DNA from: Hyalangium minutum
Lineage (GTDB): Bacteria; Myxococcota; Myxococcia; Myxococcales; Myxococcaceae
Length of the DNA stretch: 248,000 nt
Direction of reading: 5' to 3'
NCBI RefSeq assembly: GCF_000737315.1
Contig: NZ_JMCB01000013.1
Location: 20,001 to 268,000, forward strand
Part shown: positions 70,834-81,022 of the stretch, one piece after another
Numbering within the stretch: position 1 is the first letter of the stretch
How the letters are laid out: the number at the start of each line of letters is the position of its first letter
Made by a program: the position numbers and the translations under genes
Notes under the pieces: model-generated
Seen by the model: the letters and a program-made list of their open reading frames with translations, nothing else
What the model was told of the DNA's origin: nothing
The model's database searches: none

Positions 70834-72405
70834 TCAGCTGGCGCCGATCGCGCTCTCGATGGCCTCGGTGTTGGTCACCACCGTGCCCTTCTTGCGCAGC
70901 GCCTTGATGAAGGAGTCCTCCACCTCGATCTGCTTGGCGCGGCGAGCCTGCTCCCGCAGCTCCTCCTTCTTGGCCTGGAAGTCCGCGTCATTGGCCTTCT
71001 TGCGCTCGGTGACCTGGGCGATCACGAAGCCCTCGCCGGCGGGGTAGGCCTGGTCCAGCACCTGCGGCCCCTGCGCGGTGAACGTCGCCGTCAGCAGCGC
71101 GGGCGCGGGCCCCAGGAAGGGAACCGACTCGGCGCCCGCGGTGATGGTGCCCGTCTCCACCGCCTCCGGGCGTGCCTCCGTCTCGAAGCGCTGGAGCGCC
71201 GGCTGGCCTTCCTTCTCCGGTGGGAACAGCGCCGGGATCGTCTTGCCGCCCTTCACCGCGGCCAGCGCCTTCTCGGCCTCGGCCTTGGCCAGGTCCTTGG
71301 CCGCCTGCTGCTTGTAGAGCGTGGTGGCGATCTCGTTCTCCATGTCCGGCAGCTTCTTGTCCGAGGCGGCCTGCTTCTCCTCTACCTTCACCACGTGGTA
71401 GCCCAGCGTCGTCTCAATGGGCTCGGACACGCTGCCCGGGGCCAGGGCGAACATGGCGTCCGCCAGCGCCGGCTCCAGGCTGCCGCGCTCCACCCAGCCG
71501 AGGTCTCCACCCGTCGCCTTGGTGCCCGGGTCCTCGCTGCGCTCCTTGGCCACCGCGACGAAGTCCTTCTCGCCCGTGGTGACGTCCTGGCGGAGCGCGT
71601 TCGCGCGATCCTTCGCAGCCGCCTTCTGCTCGGCGGTGGCGCCCGGGGGCAGCTTCACCAGGATCTGCCGCACCTTCACGCGCTCGGGCTGCTTGTACAT
71701 GAAGCTGTTGTTCTCGTAGTACTCGGAGATCTCCTTCTGGTGCGCCTTCTTGAACTCGTCCACCTGCGCGGGCGTGGGGGCGGGCACCTTGTCGGCGTAC
71801 ATGGTGGGCAGGAAGCGCGCGAACACGAGCTTGGCCTGGTTGGCCTCCTTGTCGTAGCGCACGCGCACCTCGTCATCCGAGACGACGGCGCCATTGCGCA
71901 CCACCTCGAGCATCTTCTGGGCAGCGAGCTGGCGGCGCAGGTCGTCCTCGTACTGCGTCTCCGTCAGCCGGTAGTAGTCGCGCAGCGCGCGGCGGTACTG
72001 GTCGAAGTCGAACACGCCGTCCTTCTGGAAGTCCGTGTTGCGGTGGATGAGCTCCACCAGCTCGGCGTCCGCGGGGACGATGCCGTAGCGCTCGGCCGCC
72101 TGCGCCACCAGCTCCACGTCCACCAGGTTCTGCACCACCTGGGGGGCCACGTACTGGCGCGCCACGGACTCGGGGATGGGGGTGCCGCGGTTGCGCAGGT
72201 TGTTGATCTGGACGTTGTAGGAGCGCAGGAAGTCCCGCAGTGGGATCTCCTTGCCGTTGACGTTCGCCACGGTGTTGACGCTCGTCACCTGCGGGCCGCT
72301 GGACTTGCTGAAGCTGCCCGGCCCGAAGTTCAGGGTGAACACCACGGCGATGCCGATGATGAACACCAGCGAGACGATCTTCCGGAGGTTCAGTCCTTCT
72401 TCCAT
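70834..72405 (-). CDS. PpiD/SurA-like peptidylprolyl isomerase
   Basis: SurA N domain; SED...GGDLGW parvulin domain. Confidence 0.88.
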   Translation of the reverse strand: MEEGLNLRKIVSLVFIIGIAVVFTLNFGPGSFSKSSGPQVTSVNTVANVNGKEIPLRDFLRSYNVQINNLRNRGTPIPESVARQYVAPQVVQNLVDVELVAQAAERYGIVPADAELVELIHRNTDFQKDGVFDFDQYRRALRDYYRLTETQYEDDLRRQLAAQKMLEVVRNGAVVSDDEVRVRYDKEANQAKLVFARFLPTMYADKVPAPTPAQVDEFKKAHQKEISEYYENNSFMYKQPERVKVRQILVKLPPGATAEQKAAAKDRANALRQDVTTGEKDFVAVAKERSEDPGTKATGGDLGWVERGSLEPALADAMFALAPGSVSEPIETTLGYHVVKVEEKQAASDKKLPDMENEIATTLYKQQAAKDLAKAEAEKALAAVKGGKTIPALFPPEKEGQPALQRFETEARPEAVETGTITAGAESVPFLGPAPALLTATFTAQGPQVLDQAYPAGEGFVIAQVTERKKANDADFQAKKEELREQARRAKQIEVEDSFIKALRKKGTVVTNTEAIESAIGAS

Positions 72406-72628
72406 GATGCTGTCGTTTCTTCCCGCGCGGCGCCGCCAAATCCCTTGTGGAAGGACTCGCGACGCAGGTTTGTTGGATGCCCGGCCGGTGAGTGAACGGT
72501 TCGCCTTCACCCCCCATGACAGGCCTTGACTGCCTAGGATAAGCCCTCTGAAAATGCAAGCGATTTACAGTGTTTAGCCGCTCCTCTCCCTTCCGGCCTC
72601 TCTTTCCCTACACGGGTACTTTCCCCCA

Positions 72629-73480
72629 GTGCTGTCGCTCTTCCGGCGGTATCGCCGTTTCATCATTGTCAGCGTGCTGCTGCTCTACCCGCTGGTCGCC
72701 TTCCTGGTGTCTGGGCGGCGGGGCCGCGACGCCAACTTCGTCGATCGCGCCGTCATCGCGATGACGGCTCCGCTCCAGTCGGGGCTCAACTGGATCATCG
72801 ACGGGGTGGTGGGCGCGATGAGCCACTACGTGGACTTGCGCGACGTGCGGCAGGAGAATGACGCGCTGCGGCTGGAGAACATGCAGCTGCGAGCAGCCGT
72901 GCAGGCGTTGGGCGAGGCTCGGGCCGAGAATGAGCGGCTCAAGCAACTGTTGGGGTACGCCGAAAAGGAAGCGGGGCCGGAGATTCCGGCGCGGGTGGTG
73001 GGGGTGAACCCGGTGGCCAAGCTGTTGTCGGTGCGGATCAGCAGCGGCGAGCGGCAGGGCGTGTACCGGGGCATGTCGGTGGTGACGCCGGATGGAATCG
73101 TCGGCCAGGTGATCCGGACGACGGGAGGTTACGCGGACGTGGCGTTGGTGACGGATCCCCAGAGCCGGGTGGGCGTGCGAGTGCAGCGCTCGCGGGCGCG
73201 TGGCACGGCGGCGGGCTCGGGCAGCGGGCCGCTCAAGCTGGAGAACATGCTGCGCACCGAGGATGTCGAGGACGGGGATCTGATCATCACCTCCGGTACG
73301 GACGGGGTGTACCCGCCAGGGCTGGTGGTGGGACGGGTGGCGAACCTGGCGAAGAAGGAGCACGGCATGTTCCAGGCGGCCGACATCCTCCCCGCGGTGG
73401 ACACGACGAAGCTCGAGGAAGTCTTCGTGGTGGGCAGCCCATACCAGGACGCGGCGCCGCTGGTGGAGGGGACGCGATGA
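72629..73480 (+). CDS. mreC: Rod shape protein MreC
   Basis: Coiled coil, GDLIITSG.DGVYPPG. Confidence 0.93.
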   Translation: MLSLFRRYRRFIIVSVLLLYPLVAFLVSGRRGRDANFVDRAVIAMTAPLQSGLNWIIDGVVGAMSHYVDLRDVRQENDALRLENMQLRAAVQALGEARAENERLKQLLGYAEKEAGPEIPARVVGVNPVAKLLSVRISSGERQGVYRGMSVVTPDGIVGQVIRTTGGYADVALVTDPQSRVGVRVQRSRARGTAAGSGSGPLKLENMLRTEDVEDGDLIITSGTDGVYPPGLVVGRVANLAKKEHGMFQAADILPAVDTTKLEEVFVVGSPYQDAAPLVEGTR

Positions 73481-73980
73481 AGTTCCTGGTGACGGTGGTG
73501 TTGGCCATGGTGCTGCTCACGCTCGAGTCCGTCATCGTGCAGCGGGCGGGGCTGGTGTTGTCGCGCATCGACGTGACGGTGGTGCTGCTGGCGTTCCTGG
73601 CGCTGCGGGCCTCGCTGCTGGAGGGCGCCTGCTCGGCCTTCGCGGTGGGCTACCTCTTGGACTTGATGAGCGGCCAGCCCACGGGGCTCTACACGTTCCT
73701 GGGCGTCTTCACCTTCCTGGTGTGCCGGTTGGTGTACTCGCTGGTGGACGTGCGCGGGCCGGTGGCCTTCGTGCTCTTCACCATGGGCGCGGACGTGGGC
73801 CATGGCTTGCTGGCGGCCTTCTTCGGGTGGCTGACGGTGAAGGATGGCTCGGCCACGGCGGTGCTGCCCGGCCTGCCGCTGCAGGTGGCGCTCACCGGCG
73901 CGGCGGCGCTGGCCCTCTATCCGCTGCTGCGCAAGCTCGAGGTGCGCCATGAGCGCACCCAGGCGGGAGGCTTGCTGTGA
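73477..73980 (+). CDS. mreD: Rod shape protein MreD
   Basis: Hydrophobic protein between mreC and PBP2. Confidence 0.8.
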   Translation: MKFLVTVVLAMVLLTLESVIVQRAGLVLSRIDVTVVLLAFLALRASLLEGACSAFAVGYLLDLMSGQPTGLYTFLGVFTFLVCRLVYSLVDVRGPVAFVLFTMGADVGHGLLAAFFGWLTVKDGSATAVLPGLPLQVALTGAAALALYPLLRKLEVRHERTQAGGLL

Positions 73981-76025
73981 CTCCTCCGGATCTTGGAAAG
74001 ACGACGCCTCCGGGGCGGGACCTCAAGAAGCGCTTTCTGTGGCTGGGCCTGGCCATGGTGGGCGGCATGGCAGTGCTGGCCCTCCAGCTCTACCGGCTGC
74101 AGATCATCCGGGGCGAGGAGTACGCCGCCAAGAGCGTGGCGAACTTCGTGAAGGAAGTTCGCCTGCGCGCGGACCGTGGCGTCATCAAGGATGCGCGCGG
74201 CACCATCCTGGTGGACAGCCGTCCGTCTTTCGACGCCTTCATCACCCCTGCGTTCTGCACCGACTGTTCCAAGGAAGTGCTTCCGAAGCTGGCCACGCTG
74301 CTGGGCTGGGACGAGGATCAGCGCAAGAAGGTGGACGACCAGGTGCGCATCTCCAAGCGCAACGCGCCGTTCCAGCCGCTGCCGGTGCGCATCGATCTCA
74401 CGCGCGACGAGCTGGACCGCATCAACGCGCGGCGCGACATCCTGGACGGTGTGGAAGTGGTGGCGGTGCCGCACCGCAACTACCGCACGGAGACGGTGCT
74501 GTCGCACGTGCTGGGCTACATGAACGAGATCAACCAGGACGAGCTGGAGCGGCTCAACGCCGACGGCGCGAAGTACGCCCTGGGGGACTACATCGGCCGG
74601 CGCGGCCTGGAGCGGTACTTCGAGCCGCAGCTGCGCGGCGTGGACGGCTTCCGCAAGGAAGTGGTGAATGCGCGCGGCCAGAAGATCGAGGAGCTGAACG
74701 ACAAGCTCGGCGAGAACTCGGTGACGCCGCCCCAGGCCGGCAGCAACCTGGTGCTGTCCATCGACATGCGGCTTCAGGAAGAAGCCGAGCGCATCTTCCC
74801 GGGCGTGGCGGGTGCGGTGGTCGCCATCGACGTGAACACCGGCTACATCAAGGCGCTGGTGTCCCGGCCGGGCTTCGATCCGAACCTGCTCACCGGCCGC
74901 GTCACTCCGGCTCAGATGGCGGAGATGGTGAGGGATCCGCTCCAGCCGATGATCAACCGCGTGGCCGCGGCACATTACAGCCCGGGGTCGACGTTCAAGG
75001 TCGTCACCCAGCTGGCGGCGTTCAAGTCGGGCAACTTCCGGCCAGACTCGGTGATCAATTGCCCGGGTGGCTACAAGCTGGGCGCGCGCACGTGGCGCTG
75101 CCACAAGGAGAGCGGCCACGGCCCGGTGAACGCCAAGCAGGCCATGGCGTACTCGTGCGACACCTGGTTCTTCAAGGTGGCGGACACCATCGGCCTGGAT
75201 CCGATCGCGGAGATGGGCCGGGCGCTCGGCCTGGGCAGCCCCACGGGCATCGGCGTGCTGGGCGAGGTCCCCGGAATCATGCCCACCACCGAGTACCATG
75301 ATCGGCTCTCGCCCGGCGGCTACACCAAGGGCATGGCGCTCAACAGCGCCATCGGCCAGGGCGACGACAACGTGACGCCGCTGCAGCTGGCCATGGTGTA
75401 CGCGGCCATTGCCAACGGCGGCACGCTGTACAAGCCGCAGCTCGTGCATCGCATCGAGGATCAGGACGGTCAGGTGGTCGATTCGTTCAATCCGCAGGTG
75501 GTGCGCACCGTGGACATCAACCCCGATCACCGCAAGGTCATCGTGGAAGGCCTGGTGGCCGTGGCCAACGAGGCGGGCGGTACCGCGTTCCGCGCGCGCC
75601 AGGCTTACAAGGAGCAGATGAAGAACATCGTCGTGGCCAGCAAGACGGGCACCGCCCAGGTGGTGGCCATTGGCGCGGTGCGCCTGAAGACGCACCAGAT
75701 GGAGTTCTTTACGCGCGATCATGCGTGGTTCGCCGGCTTCGCGCCCGCGGACAAGCCAGAGATCGCCGTGGTGGTGCTCAACGAGCACGGTGGCCACGGT
75801 GGCGTGGACGCGGCGCCCACCGGCATGGCCGTGTTCTCCAAGTACTTCGAGCTGAAGCAGCTGGATGCGAACTCGCCGCCTCAGCGCTCCAATCAGCCCT
75901 ACGTCCTGACGCTGCCTCCGACTCCGAAGCTGCAGGACGTTACTCTCACTCGCGGCACTCCAGCCGCGGGCACGCCCACGCGCGGCGCTCCGGCCGCAGG
76001 CCCTCCGAATGCAGCTCAGCATTGA
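73977..76025 (+). CDS. mrdA: Penicillin-binding protein 2
   Basis: PGSTFK (SxxK), SCD, KTGTAQ. Confidence 0.95.
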   Translation: MTPPDLGKTTPPGRDLKKRFLWLGLAMVGGMAVLALQLYRLQIIRGEEYAAKSVANFVKEVRLRADRGVIKDARGTILVDSRPSFDAFITPAFCTDCSKEVLPKLATLLGWDEDQRKKVDDQVRISKRNAPFQPLPVRIDLTRDELDRINARRDILDGVEVVAVPHRNYRTETVLSHVLGYMNEINQDELERLNADGAKYALGDYIGRRGLERYFEPQLRGVDGFRKEVVNARGQKIEELNDKLGENSVTPPQAGSNLVLSIDMRLQEEAERIFPGVAGAVVAIDVNTGYIKALVSRPGFDPNLLTGRVTPAQMAEMVRDPLQPMINRVAAAHYSPGSTFKVVTQLAAFKSGNFRPDSVINCPGGYKLGARTWRCHKESGHGPVNAKQAMAYSCDTWFFKVADTIGLDPIAEMGRALGLGSPTGIGVLGEVPGIMPTTEYHDRLSPGGYTKGMALNSAIGQGDDNVTPLQLAMVYAAIANGGTLYKPQLVHRIEDQDGQVVDSFNPQVVRTVDINPDHRKVIVEGLVAVANEAGGTAFRARQAYKEQMKNIVVASKTGTAQVVAIGAVRLKTHQMEFFTRDHAWFAGFAPADKPEIAVVVLNEHGGHGGVDAAPTGMAVFSKYFELKQLDANSPPQRSNQPYVLTLPPTPKLQDVTLTRGTPAAGTPTRGAPAAGPPNAAQH

Positions 76026-77160
76026 ACGACGCATGGTGCCCCACGTCCCGTGGGCCCTCATCTTCTGCATCCTGGCCATCTGCGCCCTGGGTGTGTGGAA
76101 CCTGGCCTCGGCGGCTCGGCCTCCGCATGCCTCGGTGTGGACCAGCCAGGCCATCTACATGGCCGTGGGGTTGGGCGTCGCGTTGATGGTGTGCCTGGTG
76201 GACTACCGCTGGATCCAGCGGATGACTGTCCCCATCTACGTGCTCAACATCCTGGCGCTGATTGCCCTGCGCTTCCTGGGGCACAAGGCCAAGGGCGCCG
76301 AGAGCTGGTTCGTGCTGGGCCCGGTGCGCGTGCAGCCCGCCGAGTTCATGAAGATCGGCGTGATCCTCATGCTGGCCAAGGTCTACCACGACGACTTCAA
76401 GCCCAATCAAGAGGCCTATGGCCTGCTGCGGCTGTGGAAGCCGCTGGCGGTGGTGGCGGTACCCGCGGTGCTCGTGCTGGTGCAGCCGGACCTGGGCACG
76501 GCGATGATGATCTTGCTGTCCTCGGCCACGGTCATCCTCTTCGGCAAGGTGCGCTGGTACCTGGTGGCGGTGATTGTCGCGGGCATCCTGGCCGTGGGCG
76601 GCATCATCTGGAACGACTACGTGCGTGAGGCTCCCGAGCCGCGCTTCACCGTGCTCAAGCACCACCTCAAGAAGCACCAGAGCCAGCGCATCTCCGGGTG
76701 GCTGGATCCCGAGGCGGACCTGCGCGGCAGCGGCTACCACGCCGCCCAGTCGAAGATCGCCGTGGGCAGCGGCGGCATGTCCGGCAAGGGCTGGCGCGAG
76801 GGCACCCAGACGGGTCTGTCCTTCCTCCCCGAGCAGCACACGGACTTCATCTTCTCCGTGTGGGCCGAGGAGCACGGCTTCCTGTCGTGCCTGGTGCTCC
76901 TGGCCTTGTATGGAGGGCTCTTCTCTCTGTCATTGGCCGTGGGGTTCAACGCCCGAGACAGGTTCGGAGCCTTCGTGGCGGTAGGCATCACCGCGATGAT
77001 CTTCTGGCAGGTGTTCGAGAACATCGGCATGGTGATTGGACTGCTGCCGGTGACAGGCATCACCCTGCCGCTGATGAGCTACGGCGGCTCGTCGATCATG
77101 TCGATGATGCTCAGCATTGGCCTGCTGGTGAACATCAGCATGCGCCGCCACATGTTCTGA
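76009..77160 (+). CDS. rodA: SEDS protein RodA
   Basis: QPAEFMK, PEQHTDFIF, GITLPLMSYGGS. Confidence 0.95.
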   Translation: MQLSIERRMVPHVPWALIFCILAICALGVWNLASAARPPHASVWTSQAIYMAVGLGVALMVCLVDYRWIQRMTVPIYVLNILALIALRFLGHKAKGAESWFVLGPVRVQPAEFMKIGVILMLAKVYHDDFKPNQEAYGLLRLWKPLAVVAVPAVLVLVQPDLGTAMMILLSSATVILFGKVRWYLVAVIVAGILAVGGIIWNDYVREAPEPRFTVLKHHLKKHQSQRISGWLDPEADLRGSGYHAAQSKIAVGSGGMSGKGWREGTQTGLSFLPEQHTDFIFSVWAEEHGFLSCLVLLALYGGLFSLSLAVGFNARDRFGAFVAVGITAMIFWQVFENIGMVIGLLPVTGITLPLMSYGGSSIMSMMLSIGLLVNISMRRHMF

Positions 77161-77173
77161 GCTGGGCTCGGGC

Positions 77174-78553
77174 TCAGAAGGCGCGGCCGGTGAGGATGGC
77201 GCTGGCCACGGTGAAGTAGATGATCACGCCGGTGACGTCCACCAGCGTGGCCACGAAGGGCGCCGAGGCCGCCGCAGGGTCCAGCCCCAGCCGCCGCAGC
77301 AGGAACGGCAGCATGGAGCCGCACAGCGTGCCGAACATCACCACGCCCACCACGCTGAAGCCCACCGCGATGCCCACCCACCCGAAGTGGGGGCCATAGA
77401 GCCCCTCGGCGCCGGGCCAGAGGATGATGCGCAGCGCCCCCAGCGCCCCGAGGAACAATCCGAGGGCAATGCCGCTGGTCACCTCGCGCAGGGCCACGCG
77501 CCACCAGTCGCTCAGCGCCACATCTCGCACCGCCAGCGCGCGGATGATGAGCGAGGTGGCTTGCGAGCCGGAGTTGCCGCCCGAGGAGATGATCAGCGGC
77601 ACGAAGCTGCTGAGGAAGACGGCCTGGGCGATGGCGTCCTGGTAGTGCGCCATGGCCGTGGCGGTGAACATCTGCCCGAAGAAGAGCACCGTCAGCCAGC
77701 CCACCCGCTTGCTCAACATCTCCGTGAAGCCGATGTCCAGGTAGGGCGCCTCGAGGGCCTCCATACCGCCCATGCGCTGGATGTCCTCGGTGGCCTCCTC
77801 CTCGGCCACGTCGAGCACGTCGTCGTGGGTGATGATGCCCAGCAGCACCCCCTGCGAGTCCGTCACCGGCAGCGCCACCCGGTCATACTTCTCGAAGAAG
77901 CCGATGATCTCCTCGCGGTCCGCCGTGGCGGGGATGCTCACCAGCTGCCGGTCATGAATGTCCGAGATGCGCGTGTCGGGCTTCGCCAGCACCAGCGCGG
78001 CCAGGCGCACGTCGTCCAGCAGTCGCCGCTTCTCGTCGACAATATAGAGGACGTTCAGCGTCTCGCGCCCCTGGCCGTGGGTGCGCACGAAGTCCAGCGC
78101 CTGGGCTGCGGTGAGGTTCTCCGGCAGCGTGAGGAACTCCGGCGTCATGTAGCGGCCGGCGCTGCGCTCCGGGTACCCCAGCAGCTCGCGGGCCACCTTC
78201 AGCTCCGCGGGCGACAGCGTCGTCAACGCCCGCCGCGTCACCTCCGCGGGCAGCTCCTCGAGCAGGCGCGTGCGGTCGTCCGGCGCCATCTCGTTGAGCA
78301 GGTTCTTCAGGTCCTCGTTGCCCAGCGTGCTCACCACCTCCGTCTGTTGGTGGGGAGGCAGGTACTCGAAGACCAGCGCGGCCGTGTCTCGCGGCAGCAG
78401 CCGGAAGAGGACGCCGCTGTCCTTGGCGGGCAGATCCTCGATGACCTCGGCCACATCCGCCGGGTCCATCTCCGTGAAGGCCTCGCGCAGCGAGTTCCAG
78501 TCACGAGCCAGGATCAGCTCGTCGAACTCCGGCTTGAGGAGGTTTCCCAGCAT
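77174..78553 (-). CDS. mgtE: Magnesium transporter MgtE
   Basis: CBS pair, GGNSGSQA, PFVATLVD. Confidence 0.95.
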   Translation of the reverse strand: MLGNLLKPEFDELILARDWNSLREAFTEMDPADVAEVIEDLPAKDSGVLFRLLPRDTAALVFEYLPPHQQTEVVSTLGNEDLKNLLNEMAPDDRTRLLEELPAEVTRRALTTLSPAELKVARELLGYPERSAGRYMTPEFLTLPENLTAAQALDFVRTHGQGRETLNVLYIVDEKRRLLDDVRLAALVLAKPDTRISDIHDRQLVSIPATADREEIIGFFEKYDRVALPVTDSQGVLLGIITHDDVLDVAEEEATEDIQRMGGMEALEAPYLDIGFTEMLSKRVGWLTVLFFGQMFTATAMAHYQDAIAQAVFLSSFVPLIISSGGNSGSQATSLIIRALAVRDVALSDWWRVALREVTSGIALGLFLGALGALRIILWPGAEGLYGPHFGWVGIAVGFSVVGVVMFGTLCGSMLPFLLRRLGLDPAAASAPFVATLVDVTGVIIYFTVASAILTGRAF

Positions 78554-78639
78554 TACAATCTCCGCGCGCGGCGGCGCGGGCGCATGGTGTATGAATCGCG
78601 CCTGTTCCGATACGGGATTCTTTCAGGGGCGCGGAGGCG

Positions 78640-79434
78640 ATGATGCAAAGAAAGGGTGCCAAGAAGGGCTCAGCCTCGGAGGTGTCCACCTCGACTGCGT
78701 CTCCCCGTGAAGGAGCGCCCCCAGCCACTGCCTCGGAGAGGAAGCCCTCGGACGTCTCCCCAGCAGGCGAGGGAACACCGCCTCCCGCTCCGGCCCAGGG
78801 CCGCGAGCCGCGCCGCCCGGGCGTCAACGTTCCGAAGATGTCTACGCTTCAGCCGGACGCGCGCCGCTCGGGCTCACGTCCCGAGGAGCCCCGGCGCCCG
78901 GCGGGACGCCCTGCAACACCTCGGGTGGCCCCCATCATTGAAATGCAGTCGGGCAACGAGCCGGAGCACCGGCACTTCCCGCGTGCCCGGCTGGCCACGC
79001 GCTTCGAGCTCTGGAGGGAGGAGGGGGGACAGAAGACCTTCTCTGCGACGCTCCTCTCGCAGAACGTCAGCGTGAGCGGCGCCTTTCTAGAGAGCACCTT
79101 CTTCCTGCCCATGGGCACGGAGGTCCAGGTGCGCTTCTCGCTCGAGGAGGGCGCCGAGCCTGTACAGACCCGCGCCGAGATCGTCCGCGAGGAGCGGGCG
79201 GGCCCGGGAGGGCGCTCGGGTTTCGGCATCCGCTTCGTGGAGTTCACCGGGCAGACGGAAGTCTCGCTGGCCCGGCTCTTCCTCGGCATGCGGCTGCGAA
79301 CCTTTGCCGAAGAATACCTTCAGTCCCGCCGGGCCCGCTCGCTGCCCAATGAGCTGGAGCGGGTGGTGGACGTGCTCGCCGCGTGGGAGCTGCTCAAGGC
79401 CACCTCCCCGGGCGATCCCTGGCAAGGCCAGTAA
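78640..79434 (+). CDS. PilZ domain protein
   Basis: RHFPR...NVSVSG. Confidence 0.85.
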   Translation: MMQRKGAKKGSASEVSTSTASPREGAPPATASERKPSDVSPAGEGTPPPAPAQGREPRRPGVNVPKMSTLQPDARRSGSRPEEPRRPAGRPATPRVAPIIEMQSGNEPEHRHFPRARLATRFELWREEGGQKTFSATLLSQNVSVSGAFLESTFFLPMGTEVQVRFSLEEGAEPVQTRAEIVREERAGPGGRSGFGIRFVEFTGQTEVSLARLFLGMRLRTFAEEYLQSRRARSLPNELERVVDVLAAWELLKATSPGDPWQGQ

Positions 79435-79441
79435 CGCGCGC

Positions 79442-79774
79442 TCAGACCTTCTTGCCAGCGGCCAGCTGGCGGCGACGCTCGGCCTGGTAGTGCGCCGAGC
79501 ACAGGCCCTTGGAGCGGGACTCGCGCTCGCAGCCCGGCACGGTGCAGCGGCGCTCCGGCGCCACGGGCCCTGAGGCCAGCATCTTCGGCGGCCGGCCTCT
79601 TCTGCGCGTGGTCACCGCTGCCGGAGCCCCTGCGGTGCTGATGCCATTCTCATGAAGCGCGCGAATCACCCCGCGACCGATGGCGTCCCCGATCGCCTCG
79701 GCCCACGAAGCAAGTGCGGGAGGGAGGGCCGAGGGAGGCAGAGAGGGACCGGTAGGCTTCCGAGGACGTGGCAT
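79442..79774 (-). CDS. Small basic protein with AT-hook-like motif and Cys/His finger
   Basis: RRRGRPPK; CTVPGC...GLCSAHY. Confidence 0.7.
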   Translation of the reverse strand: MPRPRKPTGPSLPPSALPPALASWAEAIGDAIGRGVIRALHENGISTAGAPAAVTTRRRGRPPKMLASGPVAPERRCTVPGCERESRSKGLCSAHYQAERRRQLAAGKKV

Positions 79775-80085
79775 GGATGCTCCTTTAATTTTGAATAGCC
79801 GGTTAAACGGGTTTAAATCAATGAACCGCTTATTTGTACTTTGTTGCTAAATCTGTCAACACAAGGATGAGGGGTTTTTCTAGACTCTGCTCGAAAGGAC
79901 AGACGGAGACCTGTCTGAGACAGAGAGGGAGCAGCGGAAGACACAGCAGGCGCAGCACACGAGACGCATCTAGGAGCGCGAGCCAGGATTGCTCGAGCAA
80001 CTCCGAACGTCGGGCCGGACGTTCCTGCTTGGAAGCGGGGTCCGCCCAGGCGAGGCGTGAGAGCCTCGCCCAGGCGTGGGCACTC

Positions 80086-80418
80086 TCAGGAGAGCGCTTT
80101 GGTGATGGCTGCTTCGATCTTGTGCCTCGGCACCGCACCCACGATCTGATCCACCACCTTGCCGCCCTTGAAGACGAGCAGGGTGGGGATGGAGCGGATG
80201 CCGTAGTCCTGCGGCGTCTTCTGGTTGTCGTCGATGTTCATCTTGGTGAACTTCATCTTGCCCCTGTACTCGGTCGCGAGCGCCTCGACAGACGGGGCGA
80301 TGGCGCGGCACGGGGCACACCAGGTGGCCCAGAAGTCCACGAGCACCGGCTGCTCGGACTTCAGCACCTGCTGGTCGAAGTCCTGGTCCCCAACGTTCAC
80401 AACGTCAACACCGGCCAT
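80086..80418 (-). CDS. trxA: Thioredoxin
   Basis: WATWCAPC, SIPTL. Confidence 0.95.
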   Translation of the reverse strand: MAGVDVVNVGDQDFDQQVLKSEQPVLVDFWATWCAPCRAIAPSVEALATEYRGKMKFTKMNIDDNQKTPQDYGIRSIPTLLVFKGGKVVDQIVGAVPRHKIEAAITKALS

Positions 80419-80616
80419 GGATGTCTCCTCTAGAAAGGCCATTCGATTGACGGGCCTTGCGGGCGCGTCCTCTAGTACGCGTCCCCTATGCCCTGCAAGG
80501 AGCAGCGGGCGTCGCTGTTCTTGATCTTTGAGATGCTGACAAGCCCCGTGGGTTTCAAGCAGGCAGACCGCACGAGAGACGGGCTGTCCGGGCGGCGCTG
80601 ATGTAAGCTGGGCCAC

Positions 80617-80988
80617 GTGATGAAGCTCTTCCTGCCCCAGACCCAACTCGAGGAGTGGGCCCTGGGGGACAAAGCGGATCTGAAGGACGGCAAGCTGGTG
80701 GTGATGGCGGAGGGGGGCGCGAGCTTCCCGGCTGTCCCCGCCGTGCACTTCGTGCAGCTCGTCACGGGTGAGGACACCCACAAGCTGGTGGCCAAGGTGA
80801 AGACCGAGGCCCAGCTCCAAAGCTTGGGGGCCGAGCAGATGGCCGACTCTGTCATCCTGGGGGAGTCCGCCTACGAAGTGGTTCCAGGGTATCTTACCGA
80901 GGTCGCCGCCGCCCCCCGTCCGGCCGACAAGAAGCCAAGCAGCGAGACGGATCTGCTGGCTGCTTTCATCCTCAACAAGATGGGCTGA
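80617..80988 (+). CDS. Conserved hypothetical protein
   Basis: GC3-biased ORF. Confidence 0.65.
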   Translation: MMKLFLPQTQLEEWALGDKADLKDGKLVVMAEGGASFPAVPAVHFVQLVTGEDTHKLVAKVKTEAQLQSLGAEQMADSVILGESAYEVVPGYLTEVAAAPRPADKKPSSETDLLAAFILNKMG

Positions 80989-81022
80989 CCGCGGGGTCGC
81001 CCGGGGTTATGTCGCTGCCGCC

